Below, piece by piece: positions 18,936 to 28,594 of a stretch of 64,000 nt of DNA. Source of the stretch: an uncultured virus (IMG/VR IMGVR_UViG_3300037843_000618) (Duplodnaviria > Heunggongvirae > Uroviricota > Caudoviricetes). Position numbers and translations under genes: made by a program. Under the pieces are notes generated by a model. It was not told the origin of the DNA and made no database searches. It was given only the letters and a program-made list of their open reading frames with translations. The stretch lies in the IMG/VR virus record IMGVR_UViG_3300037843_000618. One strand, 5' to 3'. Each line of letters opens with the position of its first letter. Positions within the stretch are counted from its first letter, which is position 1.

Positions 18936-19229
18936 ATGTCCATTTCATCTTGGTTTAAGGCTGAGGAGGCCGCTGGCAAGCGCTGGGTCGTCTACTGCAA
19001 GGCGGTTGCTATGGCCGCGCTCCACGGCGCGTGGTCCGGCGTCTCGGCCCTGGTCGGCGCTTCGATCCTAGACTATAGCAAGTTCAACCTGACCAACGGT
19101 CTGCGCAGCGAGCTTGACCTGCTCATCCTCGTCTCGCTTTGCAGCGGTGGTCTCGCGGCGTACCTGTACGTGAAGGCGAACCCGGCCCCGACTGCGGCTC
19201 CGGCTGCCCCGGCAGCGCCAGCGAAGTAG
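18936..19229 (+). CDS. Holin-like membrane protein (97 aa)
   Basis: Two hydrophobic segments; GGAGG RBS; late-type motif at 18904-18922. Confidence 0.6.
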   Translation: MSISSWFKAEEAAGKRWVVYCKAVAMAALHGAWSGVSALVGASILDYSKFNLTNGLRSELDLLILVSLCSGGLAAYLYVKANPAPTAAPAAPAAPAK

Positions 19230-19235
19230 GCGGGG

Positions 19236-19409
19236 ATGTACCCGCACATGGACTTGGACGACCGCGTCCTCCACTACCTGCTCGTGGGGGTGGGTTTGGG
19301 GATGGGGTCGTTCATCAAAGCCCTGTGGGACAAGCTGGCCGAGCGGTTCTGGGACAAGGAGTGGAAGGAATTCAGGAAGTGGAAGGCATCGTCAAAGGAT
19401 AGGGAATAA
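19236..19409 (+). CDS. Small membrane protein (57 aa)
   Basis: Below ORF-track cutoff; MYPHMDLDDRVLHYLLVGVGLGMGSFIKALWDKLAERFWDKEWKEF...; fills the gap in the operon. Confidence 0.6.
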   Translation: MYPHMDLDDRVLHYLLVGVGLGMGSFIKALWDKLAERFWDKEWKEFRKWKASSKDRE

Positions 19410-19414
19410 CCACT

Positions 19415-19957
19415 ATGGCAATGACGTTCATCGCGAACAACCCGGCAAACAACCTCCTCGCGAACTACCCCAACGGGATCGGCACGCTGATCACCGCACA
19501 GTTCGTGGCGTGCGACCCGCTGAACGGCAACTATTTCACGGCGACGAACCGCGACTTGGTGACGTTCATCTGCCTGCCCGCATCGGCGGCCCCGGCATGG
19601 AACTCCTCGACGACCTACACGCAGGGCCAGGTCATCAACGTCCCAGTGGGTAGCCCCCCGGTACAGACGGCATACATCGCCTTGGCGAACGTTGGGACAA
19701 ACCAGAACCAAAATCCAATATCCAGCCCGACATTCTGGGCGCTGTACACGGGGTCAACCCTGAACGTCACTTCTGCGCCGGATTCCTGCACGGGGCGCAC
19801 CGCCAACATCGTCGGCTATGCCGTGCCAGTGTTCGACTCCACGCGGCAGGCGATAGAGTTCCTGGTCACTCCGTCTTCGACTTTTACATTAGCGAACGGA
19901 CAAGTTCAATTCCAGGCTAGTTCAAATTTGGTCTATGTTTACGTCAGGAACTTGTAA
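19415..19957 (+). CDS. Virion-associated protein with CBM5/12-like AWNSSTTYTQGQVI motif (180 aa)
   Basis: W...TTY..G..V...Y.A......P..SP.FW pattern of chitin-binding-type modules. Confidence 0.6.
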   Translation: MAMTFIANNPANNLLANYPNGIGTLITAQFVACDPLNGNYFTATNRDLVTFICLPASAAPAWNSSTTYTQGQVINVPVGSPPVQTAYIALANVGTNQNQNPISSPTFWALYTGSTLNVTSAPDSCTGRTANIVGYAVPVFDSTRQAIEFLVTPSSTFTLANGQVQFQASSNLVYVYVRNL

Positions 19958-22900
19958 ATGGCAAACCCCATCGTCAACTCGCTCATATTCGCAGGCTCCG
20001 TCGCCGGGACGGCCACGATCCAGGCGCAGGGCATCGGCGGGAGCGCCACGCTCCTGCTTCCCAACGTCCTGCCGACCCAGGGCCAAGTCCTCACGGCGAG
20101 CGCTATCAACGGCTTCAACGTCTTCCTCGGGTACGGCGGTCTCGGCAGCATCAGCGGCTCGATCTCCGTCTCGCAGATAAGCGCCGGGGGCGTCCCGTCC
20201 TCCGCTACGTTCCTGCGCGGCGACGGGCACTGGGCGACGGGCACGAGCGGTTCGGCGTCGTTCGACGGAATCTCCTCGGGCGACAACACGTCCGCCACGA
20301 TGACCGTGGACACCGGGGCCTCGCTCTCCTACGCGAACGCCGGGGTCGTGAACGCCAACGAGATCGGCACGGTGAACGTCGCGGGCAACCTCCCGGCGCA
20401 CGCGGGGCAGCTTTTGATTTCCCAGCCCGGCAACACGACGGGGCTTTGGGCTGACCCCCTGGTTCAAGGGCTGTACCCGACTGGCACGAATGTCGTCACG
20501 GCTCAGGCGGGCGGCTTGAACCCCGTCTTGGTCGGTGCCCAAGACCCAAGCAACCTCCTCCAGAATTTGCGCGTGGACGCCTCCGGCAACCTGCGTGTCG
20601 CCGAAGGATTCTCCTTCACGAACTACGGAAGCCCCGCCGCCGAAGCCGCGAACGTCTATGTCGTGAACCCGATTACGGCCACATTCACGGAAACCAGCAT
20701 AGGCGTCACGCAGGTCACATCGCCTTGGGTAGTGTCCGGCACCGTGGCGGTCACCCAATCCACGAACCCGTGGCTGGTTCAGACTGAGTCGAACGGCGTC
20801 ACGAACGAAATCGTCCCCGCTGAGACAAACCTGGTCGGAGGGTCGGACGGCCAGTACCTCCGCTCCCTGTATGTCGATCCCTACGGCAAACTAATTCTCC
20901 CGTCCCAGAATCCAATCGGCGACCAGCTTGTCTCCATCCGCCTGAACCAAGTCGCGGTCAACTTCTCGCACGGGTTCAACCCCCTGCTTGTCACCAACAC
21001 GGTCAACACGACCGGGACGGCGACAACGAGTCTCGGCGCAGCCATATACTCCACGGGCACCGACCCGGCAGGCTCGGCGACCGGCACGAGCGTCGGAACG
21101 CTGGACTACCATGCCGGCCACGTGTGGTATACCGAGCACTCGACAGCCTTCACGCCGGGAACCACCAATTCCTACCAGCGCATCGGCGCTTACAACGCCA
21201 CGGACGGCTTCTGGGTCGGGTGGGAGGTCATAGCCGCCGTTCCCACGTTCTGCTTCACGCACCTGAGCAACAGCGTGCCGACCTTTGTCCCCCAGTCCGC
21301 CTGGAACGGCGACCCATTCGACGGGAGCGCCGACTCCAAGTTCAGGAGCAACGGGGTGCCCGTCGCCGCCAACTGGTCAAAGATCAACATATTCCGCTTT
21401 CGCGGGTCTTGGTTCGGGGCAGCCCCGGTCTTCTTCGAGGTATTCTCGCCCGACAACGTCTGGGTCACCGCCCACACCCTGCGGTTCCCGAACACGCTCA
21501 CGTCGCCTTACACGACCACCACCAACTGGAACGTGCAGGTGGCCGTGGCGAACACCGGGAACGCGAGCAACCTAGCGATCACCACGCCCTGCTGGGCGAT
21601 GGGCGTGGACGACATCACGGACAGGATAGAGGACGCGCTCACCAACGAGTCGTATGCCCTGACGACCCGGGCCGTCCTCACCGGGGAGATAGCCGACACC
21701 GGGACTTTCTCCAACGTGAGCCTGACGCCCGAATCCGCCCTGTCGGTCGGCCCCTCGGGCGCTGTCTTCGTCAACGCGGCCACCTGGGACGACACCACGC
21801 CGGGCGGCGCTACGCTGCCGATGATCGTCAACTCGTTCTCGTACAACTCCCTCAGCGTGGTCCTCGTGGGGAGCGGCGGCGGGTTCGCGTCGGGCGCGAT
21901 AACTTTCGAAGCCAGCCTCGACAACTCGAACTGGATCGGCCTGTCGGGTCTGAACATCAACACAGCGACAGCGATGCCGAACGCCATCTTCACCTTGGCG
22001 GACAACGGCGCGACCGCGCTGCTCTTCAACATAACGGGCTTCAACTACTTCCGCGCCCGCCTGTCCACGGCCATCACGAATTCCGGCAGCCCTCCGGGCA
22101 ACGCCACGGTCTCGATCTCGTACAACAGGGAAGGCCTCGCGACGCCGAACATCTCCACGACCATCAACACGGGCACCATCAGCGTGGCGAGCAACCAGGG
22201 CGCTCCGAACACCGACGCCAACGCGTGGCCCGTCAAGATCACTGACGGCGCGAACGGCGACGTCGTGGTCAAGCCCGCTTCTACGGCGGCTCTAGCGACG
22301 GATAAAGCCTTGGTCGTCGCCGTCTCGCCGAACAACTCCATCGGCGTCACGCAGGTCACATCGCCTTGGGTCGTGGACGGCACGGTCACGGCAGACCAAG
22401 GCGGGGTTTGGACAGTAGGCATCGCCGCCTCCCAGACGGTAGCCGTCACGAATACTGGAACCTTCGCCGTCCAAGCCGCCCAGAGCGGGACTTGGAACAT
22501 CGGCACCGTGACGTCGGTCGGCTCCATCACGAGCGCCCTGCCTGCCGGGGGAAACACCATCGGCGCGGTCAACGTCTCGTCGAGCGGCACCCCCATCTCC
22601 GCGACAGGCTCGTCGCTGAACGTCGATGTCACGGGCGGCACGCTCGTCGCGACGCAGGGCGGGACGTGGACGGTGGACATCGCCGCCGCCCAGACGATAG
22701 CGGTCACGAACACGGGAACATTCGCCGTGCAGGAAGCCACGCTCGACGGCTGCATCTCGGCTGGCAAGGTCGCGGTCTCAGTACCCGGCACGGTTGCAGT
22801 CACGCAGTCAACCTCGCCGTGGGTCGTGACAGGAGCTACCGCAGACGGCACAACCACAGAAACTCCCATCCTTGTCGTCGGCGGCGAGACTAACGATGCC

Positions 22901-24940
22901 ACGCCGCAATACCAGCCGATCCCGCTGAGCGCTGGCGGCGCGGCGGTGATCATTTCGGGCACGGTCGCCGTGACCCAGAGCACCTCGCCGTGGGTCGTCT
23001 CCCAGGCGGCGGGGCCTTGGTCGGTGAACCTGACGCAGTTGAACAGCGTCGCCCTGGCGTCCCCGACGGCCTACGGCTCGGCACCGACCGGCAACGTCAT
23101 CGGCGTCAACGCCTACGTGACGAACACCCCGACCGTGAACCAGGGGACGTCTCCGTGGGTTACCTCGCTCGCCTCGACGACGATCACGGGAACCGTGGCC
23201 GTGACCGAGTCGGGGACATGGAGCGTCCGCGCCCAGGACGGCGCGGGCAACGCCCTGACCTCCAACTCGACCGTTCCGGCCGGGCATTTCGCCCTCGACC
23301 AGAACATCACGAGCATTCTCGGCACCGCCCCGACGACGGCAGGATTCATCGACGTCAAGGGCGCTGACGGGAACGTGTTCGTCCGCCAGGGGACGGCGGC
23401 CAACCTGAACGCCACGGTGGTCGGCACCGGGACGTTCGCCGTGCAAGCCACGGTGGAAAATACTCTCACCATAAACTACGCCAACACATCGCCCGCCACG
23501 CAGAACATAACGGCGCAGGACGTGGGTTCCACTTCCACGACTGTTTCAAACAACCAAGTGTTCGTCACGGGCGTCCCGACGCCGGGTTCCGTAGCGAGCT
23601 TCGCCCTGGCTGCGGGGTACACCACGGTCCAGATGCTCGTCACGGGAGCGTGGACAGGGACGCTTGTCACCGAAATATCGGTGGACGGCGGCACGACCTG
23701 GGCACGCCAGAATATCCACCAGACGGGCACCAACTATCTCGCCACGACCTTCACCGACAATTTCGAGGGCGGCGGGGGCGTCTCGGGCGCGACCAACTTC
23801 CGCGTCCGCGCCACGGCGGCCTGGACCGGGACCGCGACTGTTTTGATTGCTCTGTCGCCCAGCACGCACGTCGTGGACGTGAACAACCCGATCCGCATAT
23901 GCGACAGCAGCTTCAACACCATCAACTCGACCAGCGAGGGCAGCCCGGCCACGACGGGGCTGAACGTCCACGTGCAGAACGCCTCCCCGATTTCCGTAAG
24001 CAACACAGGGACATTCGCTGTCCAGCCTTCGGGCACCGTCGATACCGCGCCCGCCACGCAGAACATAACGGCGCGGGACACGAACTCCACGTCCACTGTC
24101 GGCGCTAACAGCCAGACCCTTATCACGGGAAGCCCAACAGCGGGTTCCGCCGCGAACTTCGCCCTCGCGTCCGGGTACGACACGTTCCAAGTGCTTACCA
24201 CGGGGGCATGGACAGGCACGCTTGCCGTCGAGGTGTCGATGGACGGCGGAACGACCTGGGTGAGCAGGAACGTCCACCTGCCGGGCACCTCCTATGTGAC
24301 CGGAACCTTCACCGCCAACTTCTTGGGTTCAGGCAACTGCGCGGGCTACACGAACGTCCGCGTTCGCTCGACCGCCGCTTGGACCGGAACCGCGACTGTC
24401 AGGATTCTGGAAACGCCCAACGTCCACATACTGGACGTAAGCAACCCGCTCCGCTTGTGCGACTCCACCACGCCGTCCATCGGCCTCACCATCAAGTCGA
24501 TTGTTGAGGGAAGCCCCGCCACCTCCGTGACCGCCGCCTGCGTGGACATAGCGTCCATCGGCGGGACGGGCGTCGGCGAGGACGGGATACTGCCCACGAT
24601 GCCGGGCAGCCCGAACCCGAACACGGGGGCGAACTGGCTCCACAACGTCATCAACATCAGCGCGGCGTCGGGAACCCAGTCGCTCCTCGGGGGCATCGTG
24701 GGGACCACGATCCGCGTGATGAAAGTCCAGTTCACGACGAACGCCGCCGCGAATTTCTATTTCGTGGATTCTGGTTCTAGCGTGCTGTCTGGCACCTATA
24801 TCCTGACGGGCAACGGTTCTTCGTTCAGTGACTTCGGGAACGGCCAGATTCTCTGGACAACAGGGGTAGGTAAGGGTTTCCAGATCAACCTCTCCGCCAC
24901 GGCGACCTTGGGCGGGGACATTTGGTATACGCAGTCGTAA
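19958..24940 (+). CDS. Large virion fibre-like structural protein (1660 aa), paralogue of 7001-11536
   Basis: Shares HAGQLLISQPGNT..WADPLVQGLYP, DGFW.G.E, NI.R.RG.WFG.APV and LLFNITGFNYFRA with the 1511-aa protein; two copies of an S.DGGTTW domain. Confidence 0.75.
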   Translation: MANPIVNSLIFAGSVAGTATIQAQGIGGSATLLLPNVLPTQGQVLTASAINGFNVFLGYGGLGSISGSISVSQISAGGVPSSATFLRGDGHWATGTSGSASFDGISSGDNTSATMTVDTGASLSYANAGVVNANEIGTVNVAGNLPAHAGQLLISQPGNTTGLWADPLVQGLYPTGTNVVTAQAGGLNPVLVGAQDPSNLLQNLRVDASGNLRVAEGFSFTNYGSPAAEAANVYVVNPITATFTETSIGVTQVTSPWVVSGTVAVTQSTNPWLVQTESNGVTNEIVPAETNLVGGSDGQYLRSLYVDPYGKLILPSQNPIGDQLVSIRLNQVAVNFSHGFNPLLVTNTVNTTGTATTSLGAAIYSTGTDPAGSATGTSVGTLDYHAGHVWYTEHSTAFTPGTTNSYQRIGAYNATDGFWVGWEVIAAVPTFCFTHLSNSVPTFVPQSAWNGDPFDGSADSKFRSNGVPVAANWSKINIFRFRGSWFGAAPVFFEVFSPDNVWVTAHTLRFPNTLTSPYTTTTNWNVQVAVANTGNASNLAITTPCWAMGVDDITDRIEDALTNESYALTTRAVLTGEIADTGTFSNVSLTPESALSVGPSGAVFVNAATWDDTTPGGATLPMIVNSFSYNSLSVVLVGSGGGFASGAITFEASLDNSNWIGLSGLNINTATAMPNAIFTLADNGATALLFNITGFNYFRARLSTAITNSGSPPGNATVSISYNREGLATPNISTTINTGTISVASNQGAPNTDANAWPVKITDGANGDVVVKPASTAALATDKALVVAVSPNNSIGVTQVTSPWVVDGTVTADQGGVWTVGIAASQTVAVTNTGTFAVQAAQSGTWNIGTVTSVGSITSALPAGGNTIGAVNVSSSGTPISATGSSLNVDVTGGTLVATQGGTWTVDIAAAQTIAVTNTGTFAVQEATLDGCISAGKVAVSVPGTVAVTQSTSPWVVTGATADGTTTETPILVVGGETNDATPQYQPIPLSAGGAAVIISGTVAVTQSTSPWVVSQAAGPWSVNLTQLNSVALASPTAYGSAPTGNVIGVNAYVTNTPTVNQGTSPWVTSLASTTITGTVAVTESGTWSVRAQDGAGNALTSNSTVPAGHFALDQNITSILGTAPTTAGFIDVKGADGNVFVRQGTAANLNATVVGTGTFAVQATVENTLTINYANTSPATQNITAQDVGSTSTTVSNNQVFVTGVPTPGSVASFALAAGYTTVQMLVTGAWTGTLVTEISVDGGTTWARQNIHQTGTNYLATTFTDNFEGGGGVSGATNFRVRATAAWTGTATVLIALSPSTHVVDVNNPIRICDSSFNTINSTSEGSPATTGLNVHVQNASPISVSNTGTFAVQPSGTVDTAPATQNITARDTNSTSTVGANSQTLITGSPTAGSAANFALASGYDTFQVLTTGAWTGTLAVEVSMDGGTTWVSRNVHLPGTSYVTGTFTANFLGSGNCAGYTNVRVRSTAAWTGTATVRILETPNVHILDVSNPLRLCDSTTPSIGLTIKSIVEGSPATSVTAACVDIASIGGTGVGEDGILPTMPGSPNPNTGANWLHNVINISAASGTQSLLGGIVGTTIRVMKVQFTTNAAANFYFVDSGSSVLSGTYILTGNGSSFSDFGNGQILWTTGVGKGFQINLSATATLGGDIWYTQS
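23480..24460 (+). repeat. Intragenic domain duplication (PATQNITA...WTGTL..E.S.DGGTTW...WTGTATV), about 23480-23900 and 24040-24460
   Basis: gcccgccacgcagaacataacggcgc is present in both copies. Confidence 0.8.
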
Positions 24941-24949
24941 GGCGGTAAG

Positions 24950-25252
24950 ATGCAAGGAGCAACAATATTTAATTCGACAGGGACCCCGGCGTATGCGGCT
25001 GCGGGAACCACCGCCGCCGCCCACATCGTCGTCGGGTCAGGGACGGCGTCCGGCAGCGCTTTAGCCGTCACCCTTAGCGGGGCCGCAGCCTTCACGAGCG
25101 GCACAACGTACAACGTCTTTGCACACGACCAAGCCCATACAGGCGCGACCATAACCATCACATACACCTCAGGCACGGCGTTCACGATTACCTACGCAGG
25201 TGGCGGGAGCACAGCTACAGACGGCGTCACCTGGGCGGCTGTCGGGACTTAA
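24950..25252 (+). CDS. Small T/G/S-rich virion protein (100 aa)
   Basis: Tandem paralogue of the next gene (VTLSG.AAFTS.T.Y; TYTSGT.F; W/Y.A.GT). Confidence 0.75.
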   Translation: MQGATIFNSTGTPAYAAAGTTAAAHIVVGSGTASGSALAVTLSGAAAFTSGTTYNVFAHDQAHTGATITITYTSGTAFTITYAGGGSTATDGVTWAAVGT

Positions 25253-25259
25253 CAATCTT

Positions 25260-25550
25260 ATGTCAAGCGAAGTGTTCAATCCGAGAGGAATCCCGGCGTA
25301 CACCAACGCAGGGGTCGCTTCTACCGCCTTTATGGTCGTTGGGTCGGGAACCATTGGCACCGCCGTCACCCTCAGCGGGTCTGCCGCCTTCACGAGCAGC
25401 ACGTCGTATACTGTACACGGAACCAACCTCACCCACACAGGCTCGACCACCAACGTCACGTACACCTCGGGCACGTCGTTCAACACTACCGCCGCTGGCG
25501 GCGGGGGCGGCAACGGGGATTCTTTCACCTACATAGCCATCGGGACATAG
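25260..25550 (+). CDS. Small T/G/S-rich virion protein (96 aa)
   Basis: Paralogue of 24950-25252; start at ATG 25260 aligns the two N-termini. Confidence 0.75.
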   Translation: MSSEVFNPRGIPAYTNAGVASTAFMVVGSGTIGTAVTLSGSAAFTSSTSYTVHGTNLTHTGSTTNVTYTSGTSFNTTAAGGGGGNGDSFTYIAIGT

Positions 25551-25724
25551 ATGTTTGGCAAGATCAAAGCCTACGTCAAGGCGCACGCTGACCACTTCCT
25601 GATCAGCATCGGCGTGTCCCTCGCCATCACCGTCATCACGAACGTCCTGATCCACTACCTAGCGGACATCCTGCGGCTCATGCACGTCCCGGCGAGGCTC
25701 GTACACCTGCTCACCGGGAAATAG
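25551..25724 (+). CDS. Small membrane protein (57 aa)
   Basis: Below ORF-track cutoff; MFGKIKAYVKAHADHFLISIGVSLAITVITNVLIHYLADILRLMHVPARLVHLLTGK. Confidence 0.65.
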   Translation: MFGKIKAYVKAHADHFLISIGVSLAITVITNVLIHYLADILRLMHVPARLVHLLTGK

Positions 25725-26042
25725 CTAGTACCCTATCCAGCCGCCGCTCGTTCCGGCCGAGGCTGACATCAGGTATATGTTCGTGCTGGTGGTCGAGACC
25801 GTCGAGGTCGCGCTGTATATTAGTTGCGTGATCTGGTAGGTTGCCAGCCCGTTCCGCTGGTCCCAGCGCTCGTCGCTGATCTTCCCCTTGTAGACAACCC
25901 TGCAATGTTCGTGTCCGCACTTGGGGCAGTTCAGGACGTAATTCCCGTTGATCGAGGTGTCGAGGCTGAACTGCACGTACCCGTTGCAGGCGTGGCAGTG
26001 GAGTTCCTGTCTTTCTACTGTGTCGTCATTGATTCCGGGCAT
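25725..26042 (-). CDS. Zn-ribbon protein (105 aa)
   Basis: CHAC...CPKCGHEH; GGGGGA RBS. Confidence 0.7.
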   Translation of the reverse strand: MPGINDDTVERQELHCHACNGYVQFSLDTSINGNYVLNCPKCGHEHCRVVYKGKISDERWDQRNGLATYQITQLIYSATSTVSTTSTNIYLMSASAGTSGGWIGY

Positions 26043-26152
26043 TTAGTCCCCCCATTCTGACGATTTTACAGTATTAGACCTCCGAAAGCGATGGTCAGTT
26101 TGACAGTTAAGCACAATTTTCAAGCTGCCGAGTGCAATTTCAGAGGTGCCAC

Positions 26153-26875
26153 ATGGCAAAATCAAAACAAAAGGCAGTGAAGACCCCCAAAAAGCGGTCT
26201 ACGAAATACGGAAAGTTAGCTGCCGTCTGCTCCAAGGAGCTTACGGCTAAGAAGACGGCGTTGGTGAGAGCCGAGAAAGCCCTCGCCAAAGCCCAAAGAA
26301 CCCACACAGAACTGCTTTCAGAGGTAGCGCGGCTGGATATGCTGGACCGCTCTCTAAAAGCCCTCATAAACGGCACAGAAGCCCCCCAGAACGTCCGTTA
26401 CGTCTACTCCTACCCCCAATGGGTCTGGTACGGCAACCCCTACTGGAATGGCAACACGTGGACTTTAAGCGTGGGAAGCCCGCAGACCTACGTCTACAAC
26501 AGCGGCGGTCTTGTCGGCGGAAACGGGAACTTCCAAGGCGGGCAGTTCACGACCACCAACGCTATCAACACGACCGGGGCCATCAATTGCAACACGGTCA
26601 CGTACCCCGCGACGTCCGGCAACATCTCGGTGCCAAATGCCAGCAGTTTGACGCTGGACTGCTCCAGCAGCCTTGGCGGACTGAGCCTCACCAACAGCGG
26701 GAGCAGCGTGCTAACCAGCACTGCCTCGTCCAGCCCAGCTTGGCAGACTGTCACCACAACGCCCGCGCCGGGCGAACTCACGATTGACCTGTCAACCGGG
26801 GCGACGGAAGAAGAGCCGAAGGCGGAAGAGTCAACAGACATCTCCGCTTGTATGAACGTCAAGGTGGTGGACTAA
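26153..26875 (+). CDS. Hypothetical protein with N-terminal coiled coil (240 aa)
   Basis: GAGGT RBS before ATG 26153. Confidence 0.7.
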   Translation: MAKSKQKAVKTPKKRSTKYGKLAAVCSKELTAKKTALVRAEKALAKAQRTHTELLSEVARLDMLDRSLKALINGTEAPQNVRYVYSYPQWVWYGNPYWNGNTWTLSVGSPQTYVYNSGGLVGGNGNFQGGQFTTTNAINTTGAINCNTVTYPATSGNISVPNASSLTLDCSSSLGGLSLTNSGSSVLTSTASSSPAWQTVTTTPAPGELTIDLSTGATEEEPKAEESTDISACMNVKVVD

Positions 26876-27081
26876 TGGAGTCTAACTGCTGCGCACCCAA
26901 GCCATGCGAGAACTGCGGCTATTGCCCTTGCTGCGGCCGCGGAAGGCAACAGTTCGCGCCCTACCAGCCGTGGCAACCGTACTATCCGCCGTATCCGCAG
27001 CCAGTCTGGATCGGCGACTACACTCAACCGTCCACGACGGGTATGCCGTTACCACTCCCGAGCATCACGGTCACGTGCTAA
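26875..27081 (+). CDS. Small Cys/Pro-rich protein (68 aa)
   Basis: TAATG overlap; CENCGYCPCCG. Confidence 0.6.
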   Translation: MESNCCAPKPCENCGYCPCCGRGRQQFAPYQPWQPYYPPYPQPVWIGDYTQPSTTGMPLPLPSITVTC

Positions 27082-27239
27082 GCCTTGCATAGCTCGCATT
27101 CCTGAACCCTAAGCAGGGGGCGAGCCATGCGAATTCCTCTCATCCATCCGTTCAGCCGTCATTGCCAGTGCAAGAGATGCGTCCGCCTGCACACGATCAC
27201 AATGCAGGATCGTGAGTTCCTCCGCAGTATTGGAATCGT

Positions 27240-27491
27240 ATGGAATCCGAATTCACAGAGCACCCGTACGCCCGCTACACCCGCTACCCCGAGGGCATCG
27301 GCGGACAATGCGCCGAAGACCTGAAGTGCCCCAAGTGCGGCTCCGAAGAGGTCGTGATTATCAAGGAGTTTGAGTTCGGGGAATACGGCATGCTGGGCGA
27401 CAAGGCGCAGTGCTGGATTTGCAAGCACAAGTTCACCGTCACCGAGAACTGTTGGAAGCTCAGAACGAAAGAACCGTGGAGAACTGCATGA
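27240..27491 (+). CDS. Zn-ribbon protein (83 aa)
   Basis: CPKCG...CWICKHKFTVTENCW; paralogue of the next gene. Confidence 0.7.
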   Translation: MESEFTEHPYARYTRYPEGIGGQCAEDLKCPKCGSEEVVIIKEFEFGEYGMLGDKAQCWICKHKFTVTENCWKLRTKEPWRTA

Positions 27492-27712
27492 CCACATATT
27501 GGGAATGCACCGAATACGACGGAGAAGAGGAAAAGGAACTTCGGTGCCCGAAGTGCGGATGCCCCAAGCTTGTCTTGAAAGAGGAAGAAAAAGAAGACGA
27601 AGGAACCCCTTTTATGTCCCCGAGAGACCGCCTCGGGGAGAAAGCAATCTGCTTTGAGTGCAGGCACGAGTTCATCATCACTGAGAACTGCTGGAAGAAA
27701 GTCATCCAATGA
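27488..27712 (+). CDS. Zn-ribbon protein (74 aa)
   Basis: CPKCG...CFECRHEFIITENCW; ATGA overlaps on both sides. Confidence 0.7.
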   Translation: MTTYWECTEYDGEEEKELRCPKCGCPKLVLKEEEKEDEGTPFMSPRDRLGEKAICFECRHEFIITENCWKKVIQ

Positions 27713-28080
27713 CCGCCGAGGAACTAGCCAGTGCGCTAGTGTTCTACCGCTTCCGTTACAAGGACGAGAAAGAGCTTCAAGCGGGCGTCGCCCAATGCCT
27801 TGAAGGCTTGAAGCAGCCATTCACGCCGGAGTACCCGCTGAACGAAAAAGACCGCGTGGACTTCTTCATTGCAGAGGGCGGCGTCGGTATTGAGTGTAAG
27901 ACGAACGACTCACGTGGCGGTGCGGGGTTGGCGGCTGTCACGCGACAGCTTTGGCGCTACGCGAAGAACGATGAGGTTAAGGCAATCATTCTGATCACCA
28001 CGCGGGCGAAGCACCGCGACCTCCCAAAGGAAATCCTTGGGAAACCGCTTTACGTGGTATACTTAAACAGTTTCTTGTGA
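27709..28080 (+). CDS. PD-(D/E)xK nuclease-fold protein
   Basis: E..LQ...E.....RVDFF...GIECK...QL.RY pattern. Confidence 0.7.
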   Translation: MTAEELASALVFYRFRYKDEKELQAGVAQCLEGLKQPFTPEYPLNEKDRVDFFIAEGGVGIECKTNDSRGGAGLAAVTRQLWRYAKNDEVKAIILITTRAKHRDLPKEILGKPLYVVYLNSFL

Positions 28081-28087
28081 GCTTCCT

Positions 28088-28198
28088 ATGATCGAAACAA
28101 TCGTTATGGCAATCAAGATGGCGACCATCAACTTCCTGAGGTTCGTGGGGCTGAACAGCCTCGCCGGGAAGCTGGATCAGCGCTGGGCACGCGGATGA
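28088..28198 (+). CDS. Small hypothetical protein (36 aa)
   Basis: Fills the operon gap; ATGA overlap with 28195. Confidence 0.4.
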   Translation: MIETIVMAIKMATINFLRFVGLNSLAGKLDQRWARG

Positions 28199-28389
28199 GC
28201 GACCACGTTTACAGGCACTACGAAAACCTTGACATCACCGTCTGCCAGAACTGCGCCCAGTTTAAGAGGGACATTGAGGCGGTTGAACATCATATCTTTG
28301 AGTCGGGCTACTGCGACCCGAACTATTGCCCCCGGTGCAAGGCAGAAACCTGCACCCCTTTGCCGACTCCCGGCATCAAATCAGTGTGA
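28195..28389 (+). CDS. Small Cys-rich protein (64 aa)
   Basis: CQNC...C...CPRC; overlaps its neighbours. Confidence 0.55.
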   Translation: MSDHVYRHYENLDITVCQNCAQFKRDIEAVEHHIFESGYCDPNYCPRCKAETCTPLPTPGIKSV

Positions 28390-28577
28390 GCTTGGACTTC
28401 CTATTCCGCCAGGTCACCCCCAAATCTTGGAATAAGTACATCATTGTCTACAGCGGAGCCGTTGTCGGGGGCGTTATCTTTGCTATGTCTGGCGGAAGCT
28501 GGACTGCCGCCATCACCTACGACTTGTTGACCGTCCTTGCTACTTGGGCAATCCTCAAACTCATGCACGCCATCTGA
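28386..28577 (+). CDS. Small membrane protein (63 aa)
   Basis: GTGA overlap; two hydrophobic segments. Confidence 0.55.
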   Translation: MSLDFLFRQVTPKSWNKYIIVYSGAVVGGVIFAMSGGSWTAAITYDLLTVLATWAILKLMHAI

Positions 28578-28594
28578 CTCAGTATTGACGTAGG

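Noticed and set aside
7001..24940. Diversity-generating retroelement acting on the fibre repeats
   Set aside because: No reverse transcriptase in the window, and differences between repeat copies are mostly synonymous rather than adenine-specific.
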